From Felis catus (Eukaryota): a stretch of 64,000 nt of DNA. The DNA lies in contig NC_058368.1 of NCBI RefSeq assembly GCF_018350175.1, positions 212,910,001 to 212,974,000 of the forward strand, written 5' to 3'. Shown here in pieces: positions 1 to 12,114 of this stretch. Position numbers and translations under genes: made by a program. Position 1 is the first letter of the stretch. Every line of letters starts with the position of its first letter. A model generated the notes under the pieces. It did not search any database. It was not told the origin of the DNA and worked only from the letters and a program-made list of their open reading frames with translations.

Positions 1-3000
1 TTTCATTTTCCACACAAAACAATAAATTAAATCACATTATATGCAGATAGTTCTACTTACATTAGAATAATAAATTGTATGTAGCTTGTGCAGCTCTTAT
101 TTTACTTTTCTACCATCCTCATGGTAGATTTATATTGGTTGGTAGTCCTATATTTAAGATAACAATGAGTAATAAATGGCCCAGAAGACAAAGGCTACAA
201 AAGCAATCCTCCACAGTGTCTGTTCCATGTCCTCTTGGTTTCAACCATTCACCACACACAGGACACAATGCTCAGGTCCCAGGACCCAGCAAAAAGGTAT
301 GCAAACTCACAGCATCTGCATGTTATTGGGAGCGCCTTATCACTGTCTTATAAGTAAGACACACCACACTGAACTTTGTCAGATGTCGGCATTAAATAAT
401 AGAGTATCTGGTTTTGAAATCCAAATTTTCCTCTTTCTCAACATTTTCTGCCCAGTTATTGTATGACAGCTTTGTTCCCCTAGCAAACAAAATTTGGTAG
501 TCTATGTTATTATTTACACCCTTGGTGGAAGGGCCCTTTATTCCTGTGCATAAAATTTAGATCTTTAAACACGTGAATCAAAGCAACAGCATCTCTGCTA
601 ACTCTTAATTTTGCTTGTTCAAATCTTTCCCCTAGAAATCATTCCACACCTGATACATCAAAGAGCTATTATAACATACAGATTTTTACTTCCGAGACTC
701 AGCTCCCATTGAAACCCTTTCACCGTGTTTGAAGTAGTTTACAACATGAACATTAACAGCATCAGCTGGTTTAGAATTGCTTTCCCTTTGGTATGAATTA
801 ACGTTAGTGGTTAATGAAAAATTTGAACAAACTCCAATCCAGCACCCTTTGAAAGTCATTTTAATCCTAGAGTCTAGCTGTGGGATATGCCTGCAAGAGA
901 CATTTGTGAGATCTACATGCTGAAAACCAAAGCCAGGCTTGTTGGAATATACGCACATCACAGGCTTGAACTGCCCCGAGAGCATGTGTGGTCAAGTCAG
1001 CATAGGGTTCTGATCCAAAGCCAGCTACATTCTTATAGGCAGCACTGTTTTCTCTTCTTTCCCTCTGAGGAAGTGCAGAGGTCCTACTCAAGTCTCTACC
1101 TGCATGGGCAAGATGCCGATGCATCTTTGGAGCCATGATGGATGGTGGAGGGGTGGGCAGAGGGAGTAGGGGAGAAAGGGGTGGTAAAGACAGTGGCAGC
1201 TTGCAATGCCACCCTCTTCTGTTTCTTTCGGAGGATCAAACTCTTGACTTTTCTTGCTGGGTGTGTCCCAAGCTTCTTGCTGAGTCTGGCTATTGAAGAT
1301 GAGCTAAACTACTGGGTATTCTGTAGTTTAAAGATCAACTGAAAAGGAAACAGATCCTTCTGAACAGCACCTTCTCATTTTCTATGCTTCTGCACTGCCC
1401 CCAAAACATATTCCATGTTTTCAGACAGTTTCAGTTTGTTCCAGTGAAGAAGAAATTCAGCCCATTTTCAGCTTCTCCATGAAGCACTAACCAACAGGGC
1501 ATAACTAAACAAAACCCATGAAATACAGATCAAGAGGCCTGATTTTGGTTGGTGTTTGGCTTTATCCTGTATCCACTCAGGATCTGGGTTCTTTGTGTCC
1601 CAAGAAACATAGGTCCGCATTCCTTTCAATTTATAAACACCCCCTTAATACTGGTGGTATAATATTTTACTTGGCGTCCTAAACAGACTTCTACAAATAG
1701 CCCAGTATACTCACTCACAAGAAGGTGGTGATGCCACGGAAACGACTTTCTGAATTGTCACTGTATGAGGTCTATACAATAGCTTTAATTTCCCTGCCAA
1801 TGGCATATCTTACACTTCCAAAATCAGTACCAACCAGAAGGAAAGTGGTAAATTAGGGAAAAAGGGGACACAGGTACCTGGAATAAGCTAACTCTAGAAG
1901 CCTGTGAGTAAAGTAAAAATCTGAATTTTAGAGAAGAGGAGAAAAGGGCATTATCTTTCCATGCCTTTCTCTTCTCTCTCCACTAAATATAGCATCTGAA
2001 ATGTAAAAAATAATAATAATAATAATAACCAAACTATTTTAAAGCCTATGGAACCACGTATGTAGTTCAGGAAAGGGACAAGCTGACAGTTTGGAGAAAT
2101 GTAATGCTGTAAGGGCTTCCTCATGGAATCTGTGATCAGCCTGGGGGAAAATATGCACTCTATACAGAAATTTCTTTCTGGATAGAAATGATCATCTGGA
2201 GAAGGCTTTTATTTTTGAGTCCAGGGGGGGAAAAATCCCTAAGAAGGTGACAATGATGACCATAAAACCTATACTTATTTCCAACACCATAAGTATATAC
2301 AGAAAGTATATACTCATTCTGACCTATATAAACATCAGCTTGTTTGTCCAGATGAAAAATACTGATGAAGTTTCCCTTTTGAAATCTGAACACCCTAGAT
2401 TTCAGGGTAAAAATTTATAGGGTGATTTAAGAACTAAAGCCTTACTCATTTTACTGTATGATATGTGGCTTCTGGTGGAGTATGAATGACTAGTTGTCAA
2501 AGGTGCTGTTTAGCACTTAGGAACTTAAATCCCAAATTATAATTTCCAGAGGTCTTAACCCAGGGTAAGTTTGGGCCAAACATCTATACTTTTAGCAAAG
2601 TTTTCCAACGTAATAGAGTTTTCAAAACTTAACAGAGTTTTGGTAACACATGGATGATTTCAAGGAGGAAAGAAGTGAAACCAGACATGTAAAGAAGCAA
2701 TCAGAACTGCTTTAAGATTGGAAGAGAATGGCATGCACATACGAGAAACCTCAAGATTTGTTCCGCCACATTTAAAAGACTCAAAATCTCAATTCTACCA
2801 GTTTATCTGGGTGTAAAATATTAAGTTTAGAACTATTCTACTACTTGAAGTAGAAATAAAAGATATTTGCTTTAAAAATGTTAGAGTTAATGGGCCCCTA
2901 TATAAATTCCAGAAAGGTTAGAAACATTTATACCCAAAGACTACAACCAGGTAGAGTGATTTTTCCCCTGTAATAAGCACATAGGCTTGAAATTTAATTT

Positions 3001-5209
3001 TTTTTATGAACACGAGATGGTATAAAATGAATATCTCTAAAATACATTGAAAATATCATTGAAAAATAAAAATTAGAGAGAAATAAGCTCTCAATTCACG
3101 AAAATAAGATAGACGCAAACCTTCCATTATGTTTTCACTTTAAGGAGTCCTGAGCTGTTAAATGTTTTGCTTTTCTAGATTATACCTCCCAAACTCTCTT
3201 CCTACATTGGAATTTCTGGAGCTTGCATTTCTTGCCTTCTTTTTCCATCTTTTTTTGAAGTCAGCACTTTTTCCTTCACATCCACTATGGAGAACTACAG
3301 TATAGTCATTTTGGTTGATCATAGCTCATTCTGTTATGTGCTCTCCAGCTGCCTGAATCCTATTTTTTAAACGTGGAGGGAAAATATGCCTTATACAGAA
3401 ATAACTCATTCACTGAAATAATCCATTGGCCAGTTGAAGTAGGAGTGACAGAGGCAGACTCCTCCTGGGAAGCAACCTCAGGCCAGCTTCCAAGACACAC
3501 AGCTTTCACTCTCTCCACCTCCACTATTACCTGTGTCAACTACGACCTCCATCACTACCAAGGAATTATTCTAACTCCTCTATTTTCCTCTCTATACATG
3601 GTCTTTTATAGTCATTAAGATAATTTTTAAAACTATTTTCCAGATGTTCAAAATGTTATTGAGGAAAGCCCCTAGTGACATAATTACAAGATGGTACACT
3701 AATCTGGCAACTTCCTATTCTTCTCTCACTGTTTTCTCCATAAATTATAAGCAAAAATGGCAACCTGAGTTTAAACCTCTGTGCAGAGTATTGGGTGCAA
3801 AGTAGGTATTCGGCAAATACCTATTCAACTCTGTTCAAATCCCTTACATATACACCCATAACCCACCATTACACGGGTTATTAGCGGATGACTATTAAGC
3901 TTTGTGGAATCAACTAAAAAGGAATATAAAAGCTATCTAGATTCCCTCTTTTAACCAAAACATCACTGAATTTTAGTAAAACGTCATGTGTGCATTTTTT
4001 AAATTTATCATCTTTGTGCTTACTGTTAAATTCTAATACTCTTTATAAAGTTGTTCTTGAGGGAAAAGGCTGCCTAAAACCATACTTAATTCCAATAAAT
4101 TCCACCCTTTATCTTGAAACTCATCATTTGACCAGAACTGGAAGAGGTCCATCCTGAAAATAATTTGCATTTAAAACAGGTAAATTGTTGTTGTATGGAA
4201 ACCAATTTGACAATAAATTTCATATTAAAAAAATAATAATAATAAAAAAATAAAACAGGTAAATTGTTATACTCCTGTAGAGTCTGTGATCTGAATACAA
4301 TTCTAGGTCTCTGTAATTAAAGCAGCAATTGGCATTTGGCTATAACCAAGGGCAAGAGGGAAACAGAGAAAAAGAGAAGCATCTTTCATCATCGTTGTTT
4401 TGTGGTACACTTTACCCATGCTTTTAAAATATAAGTGAAATTCAATCTTCAAAATGAAAAAATAGACACATTTTCTAATAGCAAAATATAAGATTAAAAA
4501 TACCTAAAAATAAAATGTTAGTGTGAAATAGGGTTTTTTTACATTAAAAAATGAAACATTTTAGATTTGCCTTTCTTATATAAATCCTCTTATCTTATTA
4601 ATAGTTACAACTTTCCAGAATAGCTTTTATGAGACACTGAAGGAGACAGGCAGGAAATCCTTTTTCAAGATATGACATCAGGACCTGAATATATACATTG
4701 GACAGAGCATTCCTCAACCTCAAATCCATCCAGCAGCACTAGAAAAAGGAATGCTGTATTTCCAACTTTGAGATTTTTCATTACATTTTCTTCTTTTTGG
4801 ATGTTAAATTCTTTCCAAGAATATTCTACTTTAAAAATGATTTTATTCTAGCTATAAAACATTTCATTTAAGAAAACCACACGTTGTAGCCTTATGTGAA
4901 ATGTCCCCAAAAGCCATCAAGATATGGAGACATCGCATTTTCAAAACATAAATCTAATCATAGGCCCTGAAACAGTATGACTATTTAAACAGAGTGATGT
5001 TATATTCTCATATTTGCTTGTCATGAGATGAAAGGCCAGGAGGCATATGGTGATTAATAATAGTTCCTGAGCTTCTAAAGAAATTATACAACAAAATGAC
5101 TAACTGCTTAAAAGAATGAGTTCTTCAAGAGCGCCCCTTCTGTTCCGTTGATGTCTTTCATCCCATCTATCTCCTTAAAGAATCTCAGGGCAAAAGAAAA
5201 GGCTTTCTT
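1..5209 (-). other. NPR3: NPR3 3' UTR (long form); true 3' end not determinable
   Basis: AT-rich, nearly repeat-free sequence directly after the stop codon. Mammalian NPR3 is known to have a multi-kb 3' UTR. Minus-strand AATAAA occurs at 4842-4847, 2208-2213 and 537-542. Confidence 0.7.
4190..4250 (+). mobile_element. Extremely 5'-truncated felid-type L1 (about 60 bp including A-tail) in the 3' UTR
   Basis: GTTGTATGGAAACCAATTTGACAATAAAT is identical to the L1 end at about 56092-56120. Perfect TSD TAAAACAGGTAAATTGTT at 4172-4189 and 4251-4268, at a TT/AAAA endonuclease site. Confidence 0.9.
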
Positions 5210-5321
5210 TTAAGCCACTGAAAAATGGGATCTGATGGAATCTTCCCGTAACTCTCGATGTTTTCCAACATTACTTTCTTCTTGCTGGCTTCTCCTCTCA
5301 ATGGTTATTCTGTATTTCTTC
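5210..5321 (-). CDS. NPR3: NPR3 terminal exon 8, coding part: 37-aa cytoplasmic tail and stop
   Basis: (R)[36 protein letters not shown] then TAA at 5210-5212. Acceptor CCCAG|G. A short tail with no guanylyl cyclase domain is diagnostic of NPR-C. Confidence 0.97.
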
Positions 5322-6355
5322 CTGGGTAAAGGGAAAGTGAATGCAGTAATAAAACCTCAGTTGGCTACAAAATACTATGGTTTCTCTTACAAAGAATGCC
5401 CTCAAGGGACATCTGGGTTTGGGCTGATAAATGAGAAGTGACAGAATATGAAACCCTGGTCAGAGATTAAAGCTGTGTGCCCCAAGGCATTATGCACTTC
5501 TTCAAGGAGGAAAATTGGCATGCTTTCTGAAATGCCATAGAACAAACCTCCCCCTTTTTCCCTGGGTGCCTTGTGGGTTAAGTCTTGTCTGTTCTGCCAC
5601 AGAAGCTCTCCCTAACTCCCAGGATGTGCCCTAGATAAAGATCAGACTAAGTATACTGTGACCAAAGGAACAGGAATACAATTGTTCCCACAAAGAATCA
5701 CATACACCCGGAGTTAAATTTCCATACAGAAATGAAGAAATCTTGGTCTAATGACATGAGAATAAGCCACAAACTCAATCACCAAAGATTACAAAGGAAT
5801 GAATCGCCCTCATCATTTGGGACTATCAGTATCTTGAACACACATAAATATTACAAGTTTACAAGCTTTGGGACTTAACCACAGTGATAATTGAGCACAT
5901 GGATTCTCCAAACTGAGCACACACCAGCCCGAGAGTGTAGATTAAAGGCCACCTCCTCCTCTTCAGAAGGTGAACTCAGACACCTATTTCTGAATTGGAG
6001 GAAGCTTAAGAATAGGTAAGTTGTTTCTCCTTTGTCTACATTCCCTCTCTACTTACACATTTGGTGGGTAGTAGGAATTTGTGCCAGAATATTTGTGATC
6101 AAAGGATAGCAGTGGCTGTGGCTGACAGGGGGAATGCAACAGAAAGCCTGACCCGCTACCCAGTATGCTAACCCACTGGCCACCAAACCACCAGGGTCAC
6201 AAAGACCATCACAGAACAACAGCTTAGTTCTTTTAACCACCATGCTTTGGGGGTAAGAGCAAGATATAGACAAGTCATAGGGAGGACTGTGCAAAGGCAA
6301 GTGACAAGGGCAATAAAGGAGAGTGAATTTTAAAACTTGATAAAAACAGTTCTCA

Positions 6356-6445
<90 letters not shown>

Positions 6446-7019
6446 TTAAAAAATAAACATAGATAATCAGAGTTCATTTTGAGAAACAGAAATGTCTCAA
6501 GTTTCATTCACTGGAAGGTGTATCTCAATTTCCCACTTGAGGCAAATTTTCCCTTTTTTTAAGAAAGATTTTCTAGGGGATCCTGCACCTTCATTTGTTT
6601 GCTAAGCGCAAAGCTTCAGAAGCATTTAAGAAAGGACCAGATGGACGAACATACCACTCGAAGAGAGTGAGAACAATGAGAAAAAGCAGGTTCCAAAAGT
6701 ATCTGAGGAGAACAAGGACTGAAGTTTTAGACACATCCACACTGAGTTCATAGTCAGAGAAGACAACTGGACAGACCATGGGACTGACCCAGCACATCTT
6801 ACTTTCACAGATGGATGATGACACTTCAAAGTGCTAGAAGATTTGGTGAAAAATGCACTGGGTTAATATTCTGTTTTTAGATGTTCTCTCACCAGAGCCA
6901 GAGTTTCATGTCAAAATGTCCTATATAGCTTTGCAAAGATGGGAATAACAACTTGAAACAATCAAATTCAGTAGTGTCCCAGTTATTATATAAACATGAC
7001 AAAAAGCTAGCTTTATATA

Positions 7020-7225
7020 AACAGTATAGTGTCAGCCTTTAATGCATTATCTCATTTAATCCTCAGAACAGCTCTAAGAGTTGGGTGCATTTTTTTCATT
7101 TTACATATGGGAACACTGAGGTTTAAAGAGGTAAAGGAATATTCCTAGGGTCACAAAACCAGTAAGTGACAAGGGTGGGATTTCAAACCCATGTCCAGTA
7201 ACTCCAGAGAATGTTCTTAACACAC
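7020..7225 (-). mobile_element. MIR remnant
   Basis: ATGCATTATCTCATTTAATCCTCA...TTTTACATATGGGAACACTGAGG resembles the reverse MIR core. Confidence 0.75.
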
Positions 7226-7449
7226 TTCTGCCCTACTCCTCCCCATAATTATTGCATATACATAAATAACATGGTTTGAAGGCTGGACCCAAAATAATAA
7301 GCATAAATACATTAGCCTAAAGTGACCAACTGGCCTGAAAGATCAATATTCACTTGGTTCTCCCTCACTAGCTTATCAAAGGGTCTCTCTAAAGCAATGA
7401 TTTCCAACAGTCTCCTATTTGTAAGCTCCTTATAAGAATGTCCACTTGT

Positions 7450-7666
7450 GGGGCGCCTGGGTGGCTCAGTCCATTAAGTGTCCGACTTCAGCTCAGGTCA
7501 TGATCTCGCATTTCATGAGTTTAAGCCCTGCATCGGGCTCTGTGCTGACAGCTCAGAGCCGGGAGCCTGCTTTGGATTCTGTGTCTCCCCCTCTCTCTGC
7601 CCCTCCCCTGCTTGTGCTCTCTGTCTCTCAAAAAATGAATAAATGTTAAAAAATTAAAAAAAAAAA
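7450..7666 (+). mobile_element. CanSINE (felid SINEC)
   Basis: GGGGCGCCTGGGTGGCTCAG head, CT tract, AATAAA and A tail. TSD AAGAATGTCCA(C/T)TTG. Confidence 0.95.
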
Positions 7667-7683
7667 AAGAATGTCCATTTGCT

Positions 7684-7871
7684 GGGGCACCTGGGTGGCT
7701 CAGTCAGTTAAGCATCTGACTTTGGTTCAGGTCATGATCTCATGATTCATGGGTTCAAGCTCCACATCAGGCTCTGTGCTCTGTGTCTCCTCTCTCTGCC
7801 CTTCACCCACTCGTGCTCTCTCTCTCTCTCTCAAAAATAAATAAACACTAAAAATTTTTAATTAAAAATAA
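7684..7871 (+). mobile_element. CanSINE with internal deletion, tandem to the previous copy
   Basis: GGGGCACCTGGGTGGCTCAG head and A tail. TSD AAGAATGTCCA(T/C)TTGCT at 7667-7683 and 7872-7888. Confidence 0.93.
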
Positions 7872-8296
7872 AAGAATGTCCACTTGCTTCTATATTTATG
7901 ACAAGGCTTCTCATGAATAATATATTTTACACGTATTTGCTAATTTGCAAATTTGGGAGTGTTTAAGTCTGAGGGGTAGGAAGGTACCAACAAACTCTGA
8001 AGATCAGACTGAGACTTGCTACACATTTACTATTTGATCTTTTTATTTTCCCCAACTAGCAAGGCCAGATGCTAAGAGATGATACATAGTAAGAGATGGA
8101 GTAATAGGGAGAAGTCATCTAGCATTTTGGGAAAAGATGAAAGAGAAGAAAAACCTAGAAACCTCTGGTGAAGGTGGGGTGCCAGTTCGTGAACTGTTCC
8201 CCTGGGTTTTACCACATCGGAAAAAGAAAGCTGAACGTTCAGAACATGAGCTCCTAGAGAACATCTGTCTTTTAAACTTGCATAACACTGACATTA

Positions 8297-8473
<177 letters not shown>

Positions 8474-9835
8474 CTACGTAAAAGCAGAAAACATGCAAAC
8501 TGAAAGGTCGAAGTTATCTGTTTCCAAAGGAGGCATAGGGTGGGCTCCCCTGTGACACTGACTATAGTGATGTGTTTTTGAGGACTTTGTAAGTCAGGAT
8601 TTGTGGTCACTGATGGTGCTTTCAAAGGAGGCATAATTGAGGGAGAACTGTGGCTCCCCATGGCAGGAAAGTGGTTACACAGAAAACAATAATCTTGGAA
8701 CTCATGGCTCTTCCCTCACTCATCCGAGGAGGTGCTGCTTGACCCATCTGCCGTCTGCCACAGAGCAGCCCACACACAGGCAGCCCTTTGTAAGGCCCCA
8801 GTTACTTTTAGGGATGTGGGAGAGAGTCAGGCATCTCATACCCAGATTAAGCCAGTCCAGGTACATGGCCTCATACCACTCAATTAGCTGGGCACATAAA
8901 GGGTCAAAAGTATCTTTTAGGAACATCCTGTTTCACCCTCCTCTGTTTGGAAGATTATTCCCTGATTTCGAGAGTTACATTCTCCTCTCTGCTGAATTTA
9001 TCCCATTTGCACCCCATTTCCAGACAACTTTTTTTTCACTTGGTTCAGTTTTCTTTGATGCTCACTTCAAGGTTCACCCACGGTTCCTGGTTCAAACAGA
9101 TGTTCCATCAGCTACCTGGGCCCTGATCTAGCAGTACCTTCCCACCCAGGTTCTCAGGATCTGTTTCTCTTTTTTTCCTGGGCACCAGCACACTGCTCCT
9201 GAGTGGCCTGTGACATCTCCCCCTCTGTCTTCTGAAGGAGGGCCAGCAAGCTCTCCCAGGCTAGCTCATGTCATAGTAAAAAGAATTCTAGATAATCACG
9301 AAAATACAACAATCACTGGCATGTACGGAGCATGTCCCAAGTACTTTAACCTCACAGCGAGCCCATAATAGACTATTACTATCCTCCCTTTACAGAGGGA
9401 GAGACTAGAATGCACATGAGACTCAGGCCACTCCAAGGGTGAAAAATCATTCAGTACATGCAGCAAGTGTCAGGTCCAGCTGGCTCTGCTCCTCCCACAA
9501 AGGCCACATATATGTGTACTAAGAGAAAAGCAGCAAGCCCTTTAGGCCAGGGTCACATCAAGTGCTATGGAAACATCAACCCTGGATGAGAGCCATCAAA
9601 GAAGCACATTTGGCCACTGGAAACAGGATTTCCCCACTCAGGATAAACATGGAACCGTTTCTTGAAATCTTCCAGGATCCCCTCAACCAGAAGGGAGCCC
9701 TCTCTACTTGGAAACTCCTAGATTTCCAGCTCATTTTTATTTGGAGGCTGCTCTGGGGACAGCTATTTGGACACCAGAACAAATGCATTCCTTGGAACCT
9801 CAACAAGCAGAAGGAGCAGCCGAGGCAGAGTCTCA

Positions 9836-10039
<204 letters not shown>

Positions 10040-10499
10040 TCATGCCACAGGGAAGCTCATCAGACTCTGAGCATTTTTGTTGGCATTTGGAAAGACATTG
10101 TAATTTCATCTGTGTCTGCATTCCTAAATTCTTAACATTTCTCCATTTAAAAATGAAAAGAAAAAGAAATAAATGACCCTCTTTGGGGAATATGTTTAGA
10201 AAAAAAAAAAAAAGATTAAGGCTAATCCTGAAAGCAGCATGCTTATCCCAGAGTCTTGTATGAATTAAAAACAAACAAAAACTGCAAAGAGAGAGAGGCT
10301 GGAGGTGTGGTGCACTCCTAGACCTGTTATGAGTTCGTGTTATCACTGGCCAAACATTATAGAAGTCATTCCAGGCCCAGGACTCAGTGAATGTGCATCA
10401 CTATAGGCACACTCAATGTACAGGAGAGCAGAGGGCCATGGGAGCCAAGAGCTAAAGAAGAGCTAGTCTTCACCCTACTTGTGCTCATTAATTCATTTT

Positions 10500-10662
10500 T
10501 ATTGTGTTTTGTTTTGGGGGTGTTTTCCCAGTTTTATTGAGCTATAATTGACATACCTCACTGTATGAGTTTCAAGCATCCAGCATAAAGGTCTGACTTG
10601 GGTATATTGTGAAATGATCACTACAGTAAGTTTAGTTGACATCTGTCATCTCATATAGATAC
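10500..10662 (-). mobile_element. L1 3'-end fragment (L1MA9/carnivore-like)
   Basis: T-rich tail followed by TTCCCAGTTTTATTGAGCTATAATTGACAT, the reverse complement of the L1 terminus also seen at about 47680-47705. Confidence 0.75.
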
Positions 10663-10789
10663 ATGAAGTCACTCGTTGTTTATCCACATGAGTTCTGGGT
10701 CGTTACTAGGTGCCGAACTGGACACATTCCCCACTCAAGACAGGGGCAGCCTGGACTAAGGATTTCACTTGTTCGCACTGGAATCTGAC

Positions 10790-10965
10790 TGCATGTATTT
10801 TAATCCTAGCTTTCACATTTACTAGCTCTGTGACCCTGGGCAAGGACTTAGCCCTCTGGGTCTCCACCTTCAGGACTGTAAAAGAGGTATACTAGTACTT
10901 CTCAGCCAAGAGACTGTTGAGAAAATTAAATGAGCTACAACAGGTAAAACACTTCCACCACAAGT
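10790..10965 (+). mobile_element. MIR remnant
   Basis: TTACTAGCTCTGTGACCCTGGGCAAG...AATTAAATGAG MIR core. Confidence 0.75.
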
Positions 10966-11894
10966 ATAAAAGAAGTTAGTTGTTTTCTTCTACTGTTAGT
11001 GTGCCTGGAATACCACCACTACTGTGCCCGGAATCTGGGAGAGGGCATCTGACCATGCCCACACCACTCAGAAAAGGAGCTGGCACATCCAGTTGGAGAC
11101 TCAAGGAGGATTCAGTAAAAGAGCAGATCTTTCACAGGAATACTAGTAAAATCCATAATTTAGACAAGCAGCCATCAGGAAGTAGCAGTATTCTAAGCAG
11201 AAAGGCCAGCCTTGTTCATATTTACAAAGTCATGGAAGCTGAAAGGAACCAGAGGGACCATGACGTTCTGGGGTAGGTGGCCCATGCGTGTGGAAGGAAG
11301 CAGTGAGACGTAAGGCTGGCATAGGATGGCCAGAGCATGGAAAGCCTGAGTGCCCACACAAAGGATTTCAATTTGCTTTGGCTAGCAACAGTGGCTTAGA
11401 CAGCTAATCAGTAAAAGAGAATATGTATCATTAGTTGATATTAAATGTCTATACTGTAATTTTCATTAACTAAGCAAGAGAATGCATAGGTCAGCCACAT
11501 TCTAATTAACTAAGGCAATTTGTTTTCTTTCATTTTAAACTGTGTTAAAGTTCAGTGTAATTCTTAGTGTTTCTATTGATTTGATTCTCTCTGGAAGTAA
11601 AATGAATGTCTGGGAAAAGGGATCCCAAGGGAAAGTTCCATCCTCTAGTGTGGTTTGGAGAGGGCAAGTATTTGGGTTTACTGTCCTTTTGGTTATGGTT
11701 TGAGGGCCCACTGATTTTTCCAGACTTCGGTCTACTTTGCCGCAAACAGAATGGAGCTACCATTCATCTTGATTTTTTTGTCTTTCTAATATATGCCGGT
11801 TACAGAGGATACACCTATCTTAAACTTGTTTATTCTTGACAGCCTATACAACGTTTAAGTCACATATGTCATTTTTAAACATCATATTTATCTT

Positions 11895-12114
11895 GGGGCA
11901 CCTGGGTGGCTCACTCACTCAAGCATCCGACTTCGGCTCGGTCATGATCCCGCAGTTCATGGGCTCAAGCCCGAAATCAGGCTCTGTGCTGACAGCTTGG
12001 AGCCTGGAGCCTGCTTCAGATTCTGTGTCTCCCTCTCTCTCTGCCCCTCTCCTGCTCGTGCTCAGTCTCTCTCTCTCTCTCAAATGTAAATAAACATTTT
12101 TTAAAATCTTTTGA
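11895..12114 (+). mobile_element. CanSINE
   Basis: Typical head, body and tail. TSD AAACATCATATTTATCT at 11877-11893 and 12115-12131. Confidence 0.94.

Noticed and set aside
109..128. 8-bp hairpin TCTACCAT-CCTC-ATGGTAGA
   Set aside because: Stems of this length are expected by chance in 64 kb, and nothing else supports it.
686..1342. Cluster of 66-99 aa ORFs on both strands in the distal 3' UTR
   Set aside because: No recognisable similarity, mutually overlapping, and no promoter or splice evidence. They are best explained as UTR sequence.
1..5209. miR-100 seed site (reported regulator of human NPR3)
   Set aside because: I could not find ACCCGTA on the + strand of the UTR by eye, so no site is claimed.
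5235..5441. 68-aa + strand ORF with a hydrophobic stretch
   Set aside because: It is the antisense reading of the purine-rich exon 8, so the hydrophobicity is a composition artefact.
8637..9131. Longest ORF in the track (164 aa, + strand)
   Set aside because: It has a TTG start, lies antisense in intron 5, and shows no recognisable domain or splice context. Its length is compatible with chance.
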